This document shows, in pieces, positions 30,781 to 39,386 of a stretch of 64,000 bases of DNA. The DNA is from a virus. Its lineage: Duplodnaviria; Caudoviricetes. The DNA lies in the IMG/VR virus record IMGVR_UViG_3300042260_000337; one strand, given 5' to 3'. A program made the translations under genes and the position numbers. Each line of letters opens with the position of its first letter. Positions within the stretch are counted from its first letter, which is position 1. The notes below the pieces were generated by a model, which was not told the DNA's origin, did no database searches, and saw nothing but the letters and a program-made list of their open reading frames with translations.

Positions 30781-31517
30781 ATGTAAATATTATAAGTCAA
30801 TTCATTTCTGGAAGAAGCGGTGCAAAAGTTTATTTGGCCGAAAAAAATGGTATTGTCGGTGTCTATAAAACAAACGTAAAAGACCCATATGGTGTTTACG
30901 AATTATCAAAAAAACTTCCGTTTCGGACGCCAGAGATATATGATATTTCCGATGATTCTATATTCATGGAATACATAAACGGCAGACCATTAAAAGATGT
31001 TCTAAGAGACAATGATCCTATAAAAATAGAAATAGTATCTGACTTTATATTATCTTATGTAGATTACGCATTAAATTCTTCTCTGGGAATGTATGATTTC
31101 TCAGAAATAATAAACAAAAAAATAGAACAGGTTTCTGAATTTGTTTCAACGTCATATCTTTCAAACATAAAAACCGTCTATCCAACATCAATAACCCACG
31201 GTGATTTCACGTTTGATAATATGATATATTGTGAGAACGAGGTTTGTCTGATTGACTTGTCGCCAACTCCATTTACAAGTGTATATTTTGATATGAACAA
31301 GTTGAGACAAGATTTGACTGGATATTGGTTTGTCCGACAAGAGCCTTCTTATGCTCCTTGGGTGTCGGCATGTAACAAAATATATAGCATCATAGATACT
31401 AAGCACCCTAGCATGTTTGACGATGGACTTTACAATCTGATGATTTCAAGAATACTCCCATATTGCAAGAATAATGATTTTGATTTTAATTACGTGTTGA
31501 ATATGTTAATCGGTTAA
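30777..31517 (+). CDS. Aminoglycoside/choline kinase-like phosphotransferase
   Basis: 'GRSGAKV' Gly loop, 'MEYING', 'HGDFTFDN' catalytic loop, 'LID'. ATG 30777 overlaps the upstream TGA and has CATAAATA 4 nt upstream. Confidence 0.75.
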   Translation: MNVNIISQFISGRSGAKVYLAEKNGIVGVYKTNVKDPYGVYELSKKLPFRTPEIYDISDDSIFMEYINGRPLKDVLRDNDPIKIEIVSDFILSYVDYALNSSLGMYDFSEIINKKIEQVSEFVSTSYLSNIKTVYPTSITHGDFTFDNMIYCENEVCLIDLSPTPFTSVYFDMNKLRQDLTGYWFVRQEPSYAPWVSACNKIYSIIDTKHPSMFDDGLYNLMISRILPYCKNNDFDFNYVLNMLIG

Positions 31518-32350
31518 GTTTGCGTTTTTGCCCATAAGTCTTTATATTTGAACCAAGTGTCTCTTTCAAGTATATCCAAGTGTTCTAACCCATCTCTTAC
31601 TATAGTTACGTTGACTTTTGTTTGAGATAATTCATTCTTAAACTCGTGCATTTCAATATTATTTTTGGCAAATATGTCATATATTAGCTCGTGTATATTT
31701 GTTATGGTGTCATCTAACACTCTATCAGACTGACGCCTTTTACCAAATTCCCCTACGTATTTTATAAGTTCACTTGCGAATATATCCATTGAATTACCAA
31801 TAGAAAAAAAAGCAACATCTTGTAACATTTTTATTATGTTGCCTTTTTTGTTGTAGTTTCCCATTCTGAAATGAAATACATGATTTGGATTTGTAAAGTT
31901 TTTTGCATTCATCAGGCTGTTTACAATAAAATCTAACGTTTCGTGCATTGGATATATTATTGAATCATATCGCTGTAAAATTGTTATGTCGTAATGAAAA
32001 TTATTCAATGCTTCATATTCTGATTTGAGTAGAATACTATCGGCAAATGCTAAATGTATTTTTTGTATCTTGTCATAATCGCACAGATCGTCCAATCTTT
32101 TTGGAATTATGCGCAATGACTTCGGATTGTATATTTTTGATATTTTTTCTGCAATTTCATTTGCATCATCTGTTTCAATTATACCAAGTTTTCTTTTATC
32201 AGTAAACCATTCGTAATATGTTTTAGCACTACAAAAATAATCAATTTCGTAATTTTCATTATCGTAATACTTTTTTATGTATTTTGAGGTATATTCTAAT
32301 TTTCTTGGCTGACCGTATAAACATACTGCTATTTTTATTTTTTTATTCAT
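31514..32350 (-). CDS. 'CxxGQxR/RYD' family glycosyltransferase-like protein (paralog 3)
   Basis: 'KIAVCLYGQPR' and 'YDITILQRYDSII'. Confidence 0.55.
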   Translation of the reverse strand: MNKKIKIAVCLYGQPRKLEYTSKYIKKYYDNENYEIDYFCSAKTYYEWFTDKRKLGIIETDDANEIAEKISKIYNPKSLRIIPKRLDDLCDYDKIQKIHLAFADSILLKSEYEALNNFHYDITILQRYDSIIYPMHETLDFIVNSLMNAKNFTNPNHVFHFRMGNYNKKGNIIKMLQDVAFFSIGNSMDIFASELIKYVGEFGKRRQSDRVLDDTITNIHELIYDIFAKNNIEMHEFKNELSQTKVNVTIVRDGLEHLDILERDTWFKYKDLWAKTQT

Positions 32351-32813
32351 ATAGTATTTTTACCTTTAGGTTTGCTGACAATATGTATTTCATTATGTAA
32401 TGTGTAAATACTTTTGATTTGTATTCGTAATTGAAATTGGTCGAATAGTCGATGAAATACTTATATGATGATGTTAGTTTCAAAAATGTTGGATATGAGC
32501 AATAAAAGTTTCTGAAATCATTAAGTCTTAGCATCGCACCCTCTTTTATGTAAATGTAGTCTTCCTCTAGTTGTATAGTTGTAAAGTCATAGTTTTTCAT
32601 AAATGAATAAGAACTAGACATTGGACTGAGGGCCAAGCATCCAAACGTTTTATGTGTATTTTCAAAAAATGATTGACTATAAAATAGAAGTGCATTTTTG
32701 TAATGCAAATGAAATAATCGCAATATATCTTCGACCTCAAGTTCGCACTTTGGTATTGTTATATGTGAATTACTGGGAATTTCTTCGCTTATGAATAATG
32801 GATAATATGTCAT
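32343..32813 (-). CDS. Hypothetical protein (156 aa), possibly a remnant or half-domain of the 'RYD' family
   Basis: Sandwiched between paralogs 3 and 4 with tight coupling; 'LRLNDF' resembles the family's 'IND/ISD' segment. Confidence 0.5.
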   Translation of the reverse strand: MTYYPLFISEEIPSNSHITIPKCELEVEDILRLFHLHYKNALLFYSQSFFENTHKTFGCLALSPMSSSYSFMKNYDFTTIQLEEDYIYIKEGAMLRLNDFRNFYCSYPTFLKLTSSYKYFIDYSTNFNYEYKSKVFTHYIMKYILSANLKVKILYE

Positions 32814-32815
32814 TT

Positions 32816-33769
32816 TTATAAATTAGAATCTGCGATTGTTTTCAATAAGTTTGAATTTAATATGACTGGCTGTGCATGAGAATAAGATGGCGCAAAGTTT
32901 TCCGATATAAATTTATCATACATATGATCAAAGTTGAAGTCCTTTCTCATCAAAATGAATTTGTAAAACTTCGTGGTCAATATCATGTTTAGTGATATCA
33001 AACTAACATATAAGCATTGCTCAAATGCCATTCGTCTTCCAAATAATGAAATTGTCTGGTGATTGGTAATAAACATTTGTGACAACAACTTATTCATGAC
33101 CATATCTGTTTTTTCAGATTTCTTTATCACAAACCATTGGTCGCTTATTCCATTCGGTAAAACATCATCTATGTTTGTTCTTGGAAGTTTGAAATTGTCC
33201 CAAGTGCTATATGATGGTAATAATATATCTGCGTCCATTTTATCAATGTGGGTTACGACTTCTTTAAAATCAGTGTCAAAAAATGAATCGTATCTGATTT
33301 TTAGTATATAATCAAATTTTGTATTATTGCTATTTTCGTATTCACAAACTAAATTATAGGATTTCATCCAAGCATATGGCTGAGAATAATAATTACAAAA
33401 ATCTACATATGTAGCGTAATCTTTAATGTCGTTGTTGCCAGTAAAAAGGTTGTTATATTTTGAGTTTGAAAGGAATGTATTATCGTTGATAAATTTTTTT
33501 ATTTCCTCATATATTGATTTCTGTGAAATCTCTACGGTGTTTGATGGGCATCCGAGGTCCGATACTGTAATGGTTTCTTTTTCAAACGCATCGTTATTTA
33601 AAACAAATGAGTTGGTTTTAATCTGGTCTGGTAAGTTATCATTGCTCCATACCTGATAGAAAAATGTAATATCGCAATTTTTCAAATCAGAAAGTAATGG
33701 AAACACATAGTCTTTCCATTTATCATATAGATTTCTTGTATTACCAGTAACTAAAATCGCAACTTTCAT
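32816..33769 (-). CDS. 'RYD' family glycosyltransferase-like protein (paralog 4)
   Basis: 'KVAILVTGNTR', 'FDYILKIRYDSFF', 'ISDQWF'. Confidence 0.55.
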   Translation of the reverse strand: MKVAILVTGNTRNLYDKWKDYVFPLLSDLKNCDITFFYQVWSNDNLPDQIKTNSFVLNNDAFEKETITVSDLGCPSNTVEISQKSIYEEIKKFINDNTFLSNSKYNNLFTGNNDIKDYATYVDFCNYYSQPYAWMKSYNLVCEYENSNNTKFDYILKIRYDSFFDTDFKEVVTHIDKMDADILLPSYSTWDNFKLPRTNIDDVLPNGISDQWFVIKKSEKTDMVMNKLLSQMFITNHQTISLFGRRMAFEQCLYVSLISLNMILTTKFYKFILMRKDFNFDHMYDKFISENFAPSYSHAQPVILNSNLLKTIADSNL

Positions 33770-33781
33770 TATTTTTCACAC

Positions 33782-33807
33782 ACATAAATATCATATCATA
33801 TTTATGT
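33782..33807. promoter_or_regulatory. Palindromic pair of late-like boxes ACATAAATAT-N6-ATATTTATGT between divergent genes
   Basis: Plus CATAAATA at 33783-33790 and minus CATAAATA at 33799-33806, forming 10-bp inverted arms. Confidence 0.65.
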
Positions 33808-33819
33808 AAGAAGGAAGCC

Positions 33820-34851
33820 ATGAGAATAATAATACCGTGCGCTGGAAAAAGCTCCAGATTTCAAAACACCAGACCAAAATATTTGCTAACGATGCCAGAT
33901 GGCCGAATGATGTTACAGCAAGCAGCCGACCCTTACATCGAAAATGGATACCATGTAACATTTGTAGTTGTTAGAGATCATTCCGAAAAGTATGAGTCTG
34001 AGTATGCGATACGAAAGGCATACGGAGACACGGTTGATGTGGTAGTGCTTGATGATTTCACATCTGGTCCAGCCGAAACCATATACCACGTAATCAAGGA
34101 TTGGAATGATACTACATTTGCCGTGAATGACTGCGATAGCTTTTTTGATTTCACTCCAATTGAAGAAAATTATGTAGTGTATGCCGATTTAAATAATTAT
34201 CCACTGGTGAATGGCATACATGCGAAAAGTTTCATAATAAAGGATGAAACCAGAATAACAGACATAATAGAAAAAAAGATATCCAGTGGATTTATTTGTA
34301 TCGGAGGATATGGATTTAAAAGTTCATCCGACTTCATAAAAAGTTATACGCAGATAAAAGACAATGCGTCAAATGAAATATTTTTGTCTCATGTAATAAA
34401 ACAGATGATGTTAAACGGTGAAAATGTGGTAGCAATTGAAGGTTCAAATTATATTGATTGTGGAACCTACGAATCATATGTTGAAAATATGAAAAATCAT
34501 ATGGCAATCTTTTGTGATATTGATGGTATTATTTTTAAAAACCAATCCAGATACTTTAAAAATAGTCATTCAAATGAGCCAACAATAAACCCATCGGCTA
34601 TTCAATTCTTAAAAGAAAGAATTGCATTGGGTGCCACTGTGATATTTACAACTGCAAGAAAAGAAGACACACGAGATGTCACCGAAACGGCAATCAGAAA
34701 AGCAGGAATTGATAATTTTCGCATCATATATGATTTGCCACACGCCCCAAGACTACTGATAAACGATGTTCATTACTCAAACCCTTGGCCAGCCGCAAGC
34801 GCAATCAATGCTCCTCGGAATGATGATGACTTTTGGAGAATGTTTAGTTAG
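33820..34851 (+). CDS. Nucleotidyltransferase fused to a C-terminal HAD phosphatase domain
   Basis: N-terminal 'IPCAGKSSRF...PKYLL', 'GPAET', 'VNDCD'; C-terminal 'IFCDIDG' (HAD motif I), 'FTTAR', 'LIND'. Confidence 0.8.
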   Translation: MRIIIPCAGKSSRFQNTRPKYLLTMPDGRMMLQQAADPYIENGYHVTFVVVRDHSEKYESEYAIRKAYGDTVDVVVLDDFTSGPAETIYHVIKDWNDTTFAVNDCDSFFDFTPIEENYVVYADLNNYPLVNGIHAKSFIIKDETRITDIIEKKISSGFICIGGYGFKSSSDFIKSYTQIKDNASNEIFLSHVIKQMMLNGENVVAIEGSNYIDCGTYESYVENMKNHMAIFCDIDGIIFKNQSRYFKNSHSNEPTINPSAIQFLKERIALGATVIFTTARKEDTRDVTETAIRKAGIDNFRIIYDLPHAPRLLINDVHYSNPWPAASAINAPRNDDDFWRMFS

Positions 34852-35713
34852 GGTGATACCCATTGTTAGCATGTTCTGGGCCAATCCACATGCTAAAATT
34901 TTGCAATTCTTCTTGTTGCCCATCCCTATTCATATCAGTATAGTTTTCAGTTACAATCATGTTTTTTCTTAGAACTCGTTCTTCAAAATTTACAATTGTT
35001 CGTTCAAACTGTCTGCCGACCACGAAATTGTAAAATCCCTCTTCAACCCATATCAGCTTTCTTTCCGCCCCTCCAGTGTTAATAAACAGTATTTCATGCA
35101 TATTAGTGAAATCATTCAATCCACTTGGGGTAAATCCAAACCAACGGTCATTGCTTCCAATTTTGTTATACCCACCAGCAATTATATGAAAATCTTTAGT
35201 TATGAAGTTTTTCTTTGACTGGTCAATATTCATTATTACATTTGAAATTTCTGATATGAAATCATGATGATTTACTACTAAATCATATCTCCATCTTAAA
35301 ATCAAATCGTAGTTAGACAGGTCACATGAGTTGACTATTTTTTCAACTGCATAAAATTGACCCAATGTATTTACATATGAAATATACGCTGGATAATCTA
35401 CATAATAACTATTGTCGGCAGTTTCAGAAAAATCAGAATAAATGATTGATTTTGGAGATATGCGCTTTATTACTTTTTCTTGAAGTGATATGTCTTCAGT
35501 CGGAAGATATTCGTAATAGCTGTTGAATCTTATTTCTTCATCGCCATCAAAGTTTTCTGGAAATCTACGTTCATTTGTCCATAGATGCATATAATAGTCA
35601 ATATCTATGTCATACATAGAAGATAGACGTTCAAATACGCCAAACACTGCGTCAAAGTTTTTTGGATTTGTATTACACAATCCACATAACATTATTGCTA
35701 TTTTTTTTCTCAT
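34844..35713 (-). CDS. 'RYD' family glycosyltransferase-like protein (paralog 5)
   Basis: Probable start ATG 35713 (MRKKIAIMLCG); 'YDLILRWRYDLVV', 'SNDRWF'. Confidence 0.55.
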   Translation of the reverse strand: MRKKIAIMLCGLCNTNPKNFDAVFGVFERLSSMYDIDIDYYMHLWTNERRFPENFDGDEEIRFNSYYEYLPTEDISLQEKVIKRISPKSIIYSDFSETADNSYYVDYPAYISYVNTLGQFYAVEKIVNSCDLSNYDLILRWRYDLVVNHHDFISEISNVIMNIDQSKKNFITKDFHIIAGGYNKIGSNDRWFGFTPSGLNDFTNMHEILFINTGGAERKLIWVEEGFYNFVVGRQFERTIVNFEERVLRKNMIVTENYTDMNRDGQQEELQNFSMWIGPEHANNGYHPN

Positions 35714-35718
35714 AAAAC

Positions 35719-35732
35719 TATTTATATAAATA
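35719..35732. promoter_or_regulatory. Perfect palindrome TATTTATATAAATA: two overlapping T4-late consensus boxes (TATAAATA on each strand)
   Basis: The minus box 35719-35726 is 5 nt from ATG 35713. The plus box 35725-35732 is 5 nt from ATG 35738. Confidence 0.75.
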
Positions 35733-35737
35733 TGAAT

Positions 35738-36643
35738 ATGATAGAATATGCATACATAGAAACCACAAACTACTGTAACCTTCAATGCACTTTTTGTAAC
35801 CGGCATGAAGTGATTGGTGCGTTACAGCATATGTCTATACCAAAGTTTATTGAACTGATGGAGAAGATAAAGCATCATCCAATCAATACCGCCAAGCTAA
35901 TGGGAATGGGCGAACCATTCATGCATCCAAAGTTCAACGAGATTTGTAGAATATTCAAGCAATATTTTCCAGATGCATTTTTGATTGTAGCTACTAACTG
36001 TCAATACAAAATACGTCCTTGGTTTGAAGAGTGCCTTCAACACATAGACATGCTGTATCTCAGCATTGATGGATACGAAGATAGTTATGAGACATATCGC
36101 CCGCCAAGCAAGTGGGAAAAGCTAATGCAATTCTTAGAACAAATGAAAGATATACCTCGCCATGGTTGTCGTATAGTGTGTAACTATGTTGTCAACCCAG
36201 GAAACGTGTCGGACATTCAATTAGTGCATGATAACATAGTGATTCCATATAAACTGGAGCAGCTTAGATTGAACATTGCACAAGATTGGAGTGAAGACCG
36301 TAGTATGCCTGGTGGATATACCAAAGAGCAGCTTGAATATTTGCAATCCGAATGGAAAGACTGTATACAAGGTAAGAGCGAATGGAATTATTCAGATTGC
36401 TTCTGGGTAAAAAACGGACTTTACGTCACAGTTGAAGGACGAGTTTTGGCTTGCTGTATGAACACGGCGGCAAAACAGTTTGGTAATATTTTTGAAGATA
36501 GTATAGAGAACATTCAAAACGGAGATGATTTCCAAACAGTAAAAAATGGTTGTGCGACAAACAATCCTACATCTCATTGTAAAAATTGTAGTTACAAAGA
36601 ATTGGTCCCAATGCTAAAACAAATAGGAATACACAATGCCTAA
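35738..36643 (+). CDS. Radical SAM protein 5 with C-terminal SPASM/twitch domain
   Basis: 'CNLQCTFC', 'GMGEPF'; C-terminal 'CFW...VTVEGRVLACC...CKNC'. Start is 35732 or 35738. Confidence 0.9.
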   Translation: MIEYAYIETTNYCNLQCTFCNRHEVIGALQHMSIPKFIELMEKIKHHPINTAKLMGMGEPFMHPKFNEICRIFKQYFPDAFLIVATNCQYKIRPWFEECLQHIDMLYLSIDGYEDSYETYRPPSKWEKLMQFLEQMKDIPRHGCRIVCNYVVNPGNVSDIQLVHDNIVIPYKLEQLRLNIAQDWSEDRSMPGGYTKEQLEYLQSEWKDCIQGKSEWNYSDCFWVKNGLYVTVEGRVLACCMNTAAKQFGNIFEDSIENIQNGDDFQTVKNGCATNNPTSHCKNCSYKELVPMLKQIGIHNA

Positions 36644-37649
36644 GATGAATACTCACTTACTTTCGGTTAGTAGAACATCGCCACCGTATGCGGACCCAAA
36701 CAAAGTTCGGTTACATGCAAGTGAAAGAGACTATCCATATTCAGATGTTATATGGAACGACTTTTTATCAAGATTGAAACCGACTGACATAATGTATTAT
36801 CCAAACATTGACTGTGCATACGATGTGTTGGGACAATTTTGTGGAATGCAAAAGCACAACTTGACGTTGTTTGACGGAAGTTCAAATGGGATACGAAATA
36901 TTTTCTCTCTATTTGTTACGCCTCACTCAAAAGTCATAAGCACAAATCCTTCGTTTCCAATGTATCGGGTATACGCAGATATGTATCAAGCAGAATTTAC
37001 TGCAATTGACTACACGTATGAAGTATTTCCATTACGTGAAATGATAGATGCTATTGATGAAAACACGTCAGTGGTGATTATAAGTAATCCAAGTAGTCCT
37101 GTTGGGGATGTCATTTCATATGATGACTTGATTGCTATCTCCAACAAATGCCACGACAATAATGCATTGCTAATTGTGGATGAGGCATACATAGAATTTA
37201 GCGATGCAAAAACCATGGCGGCATATGCTACCACTCACGACCATGTTATTGTTTTGCGAACATTCAGTAAAGCATTTGGAAGTGCGGGTGCGAGAATTGG
37301 ATATGCAATTTCAACTGAAACCAATAAGAATCATCTGACACTGGTTCGCAGTATGAATGAAATATCTGGGTGCAGTGTAAAATGGATGGAAACACTATGC
37401 GACCACAAATCGGACGCAAAAAATTATATTGAGGCGGTTATAAAAAACCGAAACATTATTGAAACACAAAACATCATACGTGGTAGGTCAGTAATATGCA
37501 GTCAGACTAATTTTATTCATGTGTCCGATTTGGTGTTACCATATGATTTTGTATACCGATCATGCAAGATGCCTTGGACCGATATACAATATTCTCGCAT
37601 AAGTATTCCTGCAAATGTAAATACTGCTGATAGGCTGATTCAATACTAA
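36636..37649 (+). CDS. PLP-dependent fold-type I enzyme (HisC/CobD-like aminotransferase or decarboxylase)
   Basis: 'SNPSSPVG', 'VDEAYIEF', 'LRTFSKAFGSAGARIGY' (PLP Lys). Confidence 0.85.
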   Translation: MPKMNTHLLSVSRTSPPYADPNKVRLHASERDYPYSDVIWNDFLSRLKPTDIMYYPNIDCAYDVLGQFCGMQKHNLTLFDGSSNGIRNIFSLFVTPHSKVISTNPSFPMYRVYADMYQAEFTAIDYTYEVFPLREMIDAIDENTSVVIISNPSSPVGDVISYDDLIAISNKCHDNNALLIVDEAYIEFSDAKTMAAYATTHDHVIVLRTFSKAFGSAGARIGYAISTETNKNHLTLVRSMNEISGCSVKWMETLCDHKSDAKNYIEAVIKNRNIIETQNIIRGRSVICSQTNFIHVSDLVLPYDFVYRSCKMPWTDIQYSRISIPANVNTADRLIQY

Positions 37650-38413
37650 CGAATGAGAGAAACGTATGTAAGTTTCGTTTCGTTGAACTCTTTGTATTTC
37701 CAATCTTTGCCGAGTGATTTCACCTTAGCAGTAACACCGTAATAGCCAACTTGTTTTGTAAGTTCTTCTTTAGTTGTAAAGAAACTTACAAGGTCGCCAT
37801 CATTCGCAATAGCATTGATAGACCACCCAGAGTAGTTGTCGCCAGTAACCCTACGAACTGAAATGTTTTCAATCGCCAGTTTTAGCTTCTCACCCTCTTT
37901 GCCAAGATGCTTACTGTTGGAAATTCGTTCTTTGTATGCACGTTCCTTTTCTTGGTTCTCGCTATAGAACGGAAGATAGGCAACAATACCAAAGTCGGTT
38001 GACATTACTTCTGGTTTTGCAATAATCTTCAGAACATTCCCTTCGTAACCCTCTGCATCATTGGTGAGTGCTTTGAACATGAAATCGAGTTGCAATGAAG
38101 AAAGCAATTCAGTTGCTTCGGTCACTCGCTCTTTTACAAGAGCAGGGTAATGGACTAAAAGCATGGTCACCAGCGTATAGTTTGAAAGTTTTACCACTTC
38201 AAACGAATCATATTCATCGCCTCTGTGGTCGATCTTTCTTACATATTCTGACTTTCCGCCCTTCTTCACATATTCGTTATCGTTCAACTCTTTTGCAATA
38301 ATTGCGGCTGCAATCACATTTTCAAGCGGAGTATCACCTTGAGTGCGATAGTCTGCATCAAATACGAGACGCTTGCCCTTGTAAGAGTAAATAGAAAATT
38401 CTGAATATTCCAT
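37646..38413 (-). CDS. Hypothetical phage protein with probable C-terminal OB-like fold
   Basis: 255-aa ORF with a GGGAG RBS-like element and its own sigma70-like promoter; C-terminal 'HLGKEGEKL...GVTAKVK...TKLTYV'. Confidence 0.6.
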   Translation of the reverse strand: MEYSEFSIYSYKGKRLVFDADYRTQGDTPLENVIAAAIIAKELNDNEYVKKGGKSEYVRKIDHRGDEYDSFEVVKLSNYTLVTMLLVHYPALVKERVTEATELLSSLQLDFMFKALTNDAEGYEGNVLKIIAKPEVMSTDFGIVAYLPFYSENQEKERAYKERISNSKHLGKEGEKLKLAIENISVRRVTGDNYSGWSINAIANDGDLVSFFTTKEELTKQVGYYGVTAKVKSLGKDWKYKEFNETKLTYVSLIR

Positions 38414-38439
38414 CTCGCATCTCTCCCATGTTTGCTTAC

Positions 38440-38468
38440 ACAGTATAGTGATTCGATGAATTTGTCAA
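38440..38468 (-). promoter_or_regulatory. Sigma70-type promoter (TTGACA with TACTGT at 17 bp or TATACT at 15 bp)
   Basis: tgtcaa at 38463-38468 and agtata at 38442-38447 on the plus strand. Confidence 0.55.
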
Positions 38469-38469
38469 G

Positions 38470-38477
38470 CATAAATA
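38470..38477 (+). promoter_or_regulatory. T4-late-like box CATAAATA
   Basis: Intergenic, upstream of the AGGA RBS and ATG 38512 that start the long plus-strand run. Confidence 0.55.
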
Positions 38478-38511
38478 ATGTTGGTAGTTTATAACTAAGA
38501 AGGAATTATAC

Positions 38512-39255
38512 ATGCTATACGCAAACGGATGTAGTTTCACGGCTGGAACAGGATTAGATGATGAAGAAAAGGCGTGGCCTTTTCTTCTAGGTGACTTGAT
38601 GGGAATTGATAGAGATAGAGTTCTCACCGAAGCAAACAAGGGAGTGAGCAATCAGTATATTGTTCGTTCTGCCATTACTTCGTTGAGTAATTTGCTTGAG
38701 ATTGGCGACCGTCCATTTGTTGCCATTGGTCTTACTGCGCCATCCCGTAGAGAATTTTATTACAGCAAAAATGGTGGAAAACTAATACACAACATTCCAT
38801 CTCCAGAGTTTCAACATATTGATGGATTAGATGACACATCAAATTCTGAACTACATGTGTTCAACAATCTGTATATCAAATACTTGTGGAACCCCGTATA
38901 CGATTTTCATTTGTATATGACACATGTATTGACATTACAGAATTTTCTCAAAGCAAACGACTTGGATTATATCATATTCAACAGTTTGAATCTTACTCCA
39001 AATCTTACTGAAGAAAACAAGTTTGAAGCGTTGTGCCATCAAGCCAACATGAGTGCTGTATTCAAACAGTTTGATATGAACCGAATATATGAAGACCAGA
39101 CATTTTTTACATACATGTATGACAGAGGTCTATACTTCACGGATGAAGGAACTGATGCATTTATGCATCCAAATGAACAAGCACATAAAGAATGGGCAGA
39201 TGTTCTAATGAGAGACATCACTGCTACTATGATAAAGGAAAGAATGAAGAGATGA
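38512..39255 (+). CDS. SGNH/GDSL-like hydrolase or acyltransferase
   Basis: 'YANGCSFTAG', 'GVSNQYIVR', C-terminal 'DAFMHPNEQAH'. Confidence 0.65.
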   Translation: MLYANGCSFTAGTGLDDEEKAWPFLLGDLMGIDRDRVLTEANKGVSNQYIVRSAITSLSNLLEIGDRPFVAIGLTAPSRREFYYSKNGGKLIHNIPSPEFQHIDGLDDTSNSELHVFNNLYIKYLWNPVYDFHLYMTHVLTLQNFLKANDLDYIIFNSLNLTPNLTEENKFEALCHQANMSAVFKQFDMNRIYEDQTFFTYMYDRGLYFTDEGTDAFMHPNEQAHKEWADVLMRDITATMIKERMKR

Positions 39256-39377
39256 TAGGATATATCAAAGATTTTTGGGCGATTGTAACATATCCATATA
39301 GAGATTGGAAACGCCGAAAAGAACTAAAAAAGAGAATTGAAGAACTACGCAAGCGCGATCCATTCATATACAAGTAA
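39252..39377 (+). CDS. Small basic protein (41 aa, MIGYIKDF...KRDPFIYK)
   Basis: ATGA overlap with the upstream gene; ends 9 nt before the carbamoyltransferase. Confidence 0.65.
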   Translation: MIGYIKDFWAIVTYPYRDWKRRKELKKRIEELRKRDPFIYK

Positions 39378-39386
39378 GGTTTTGAC

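Noticed and set aside
24483-35713. Site-specific invertible segments explaining the minus-strand islets
   Set aside because: No matching inverted recombination sites were found at the islet ends and no recombinase is in the window; only the promoter palindromes are symmetric.
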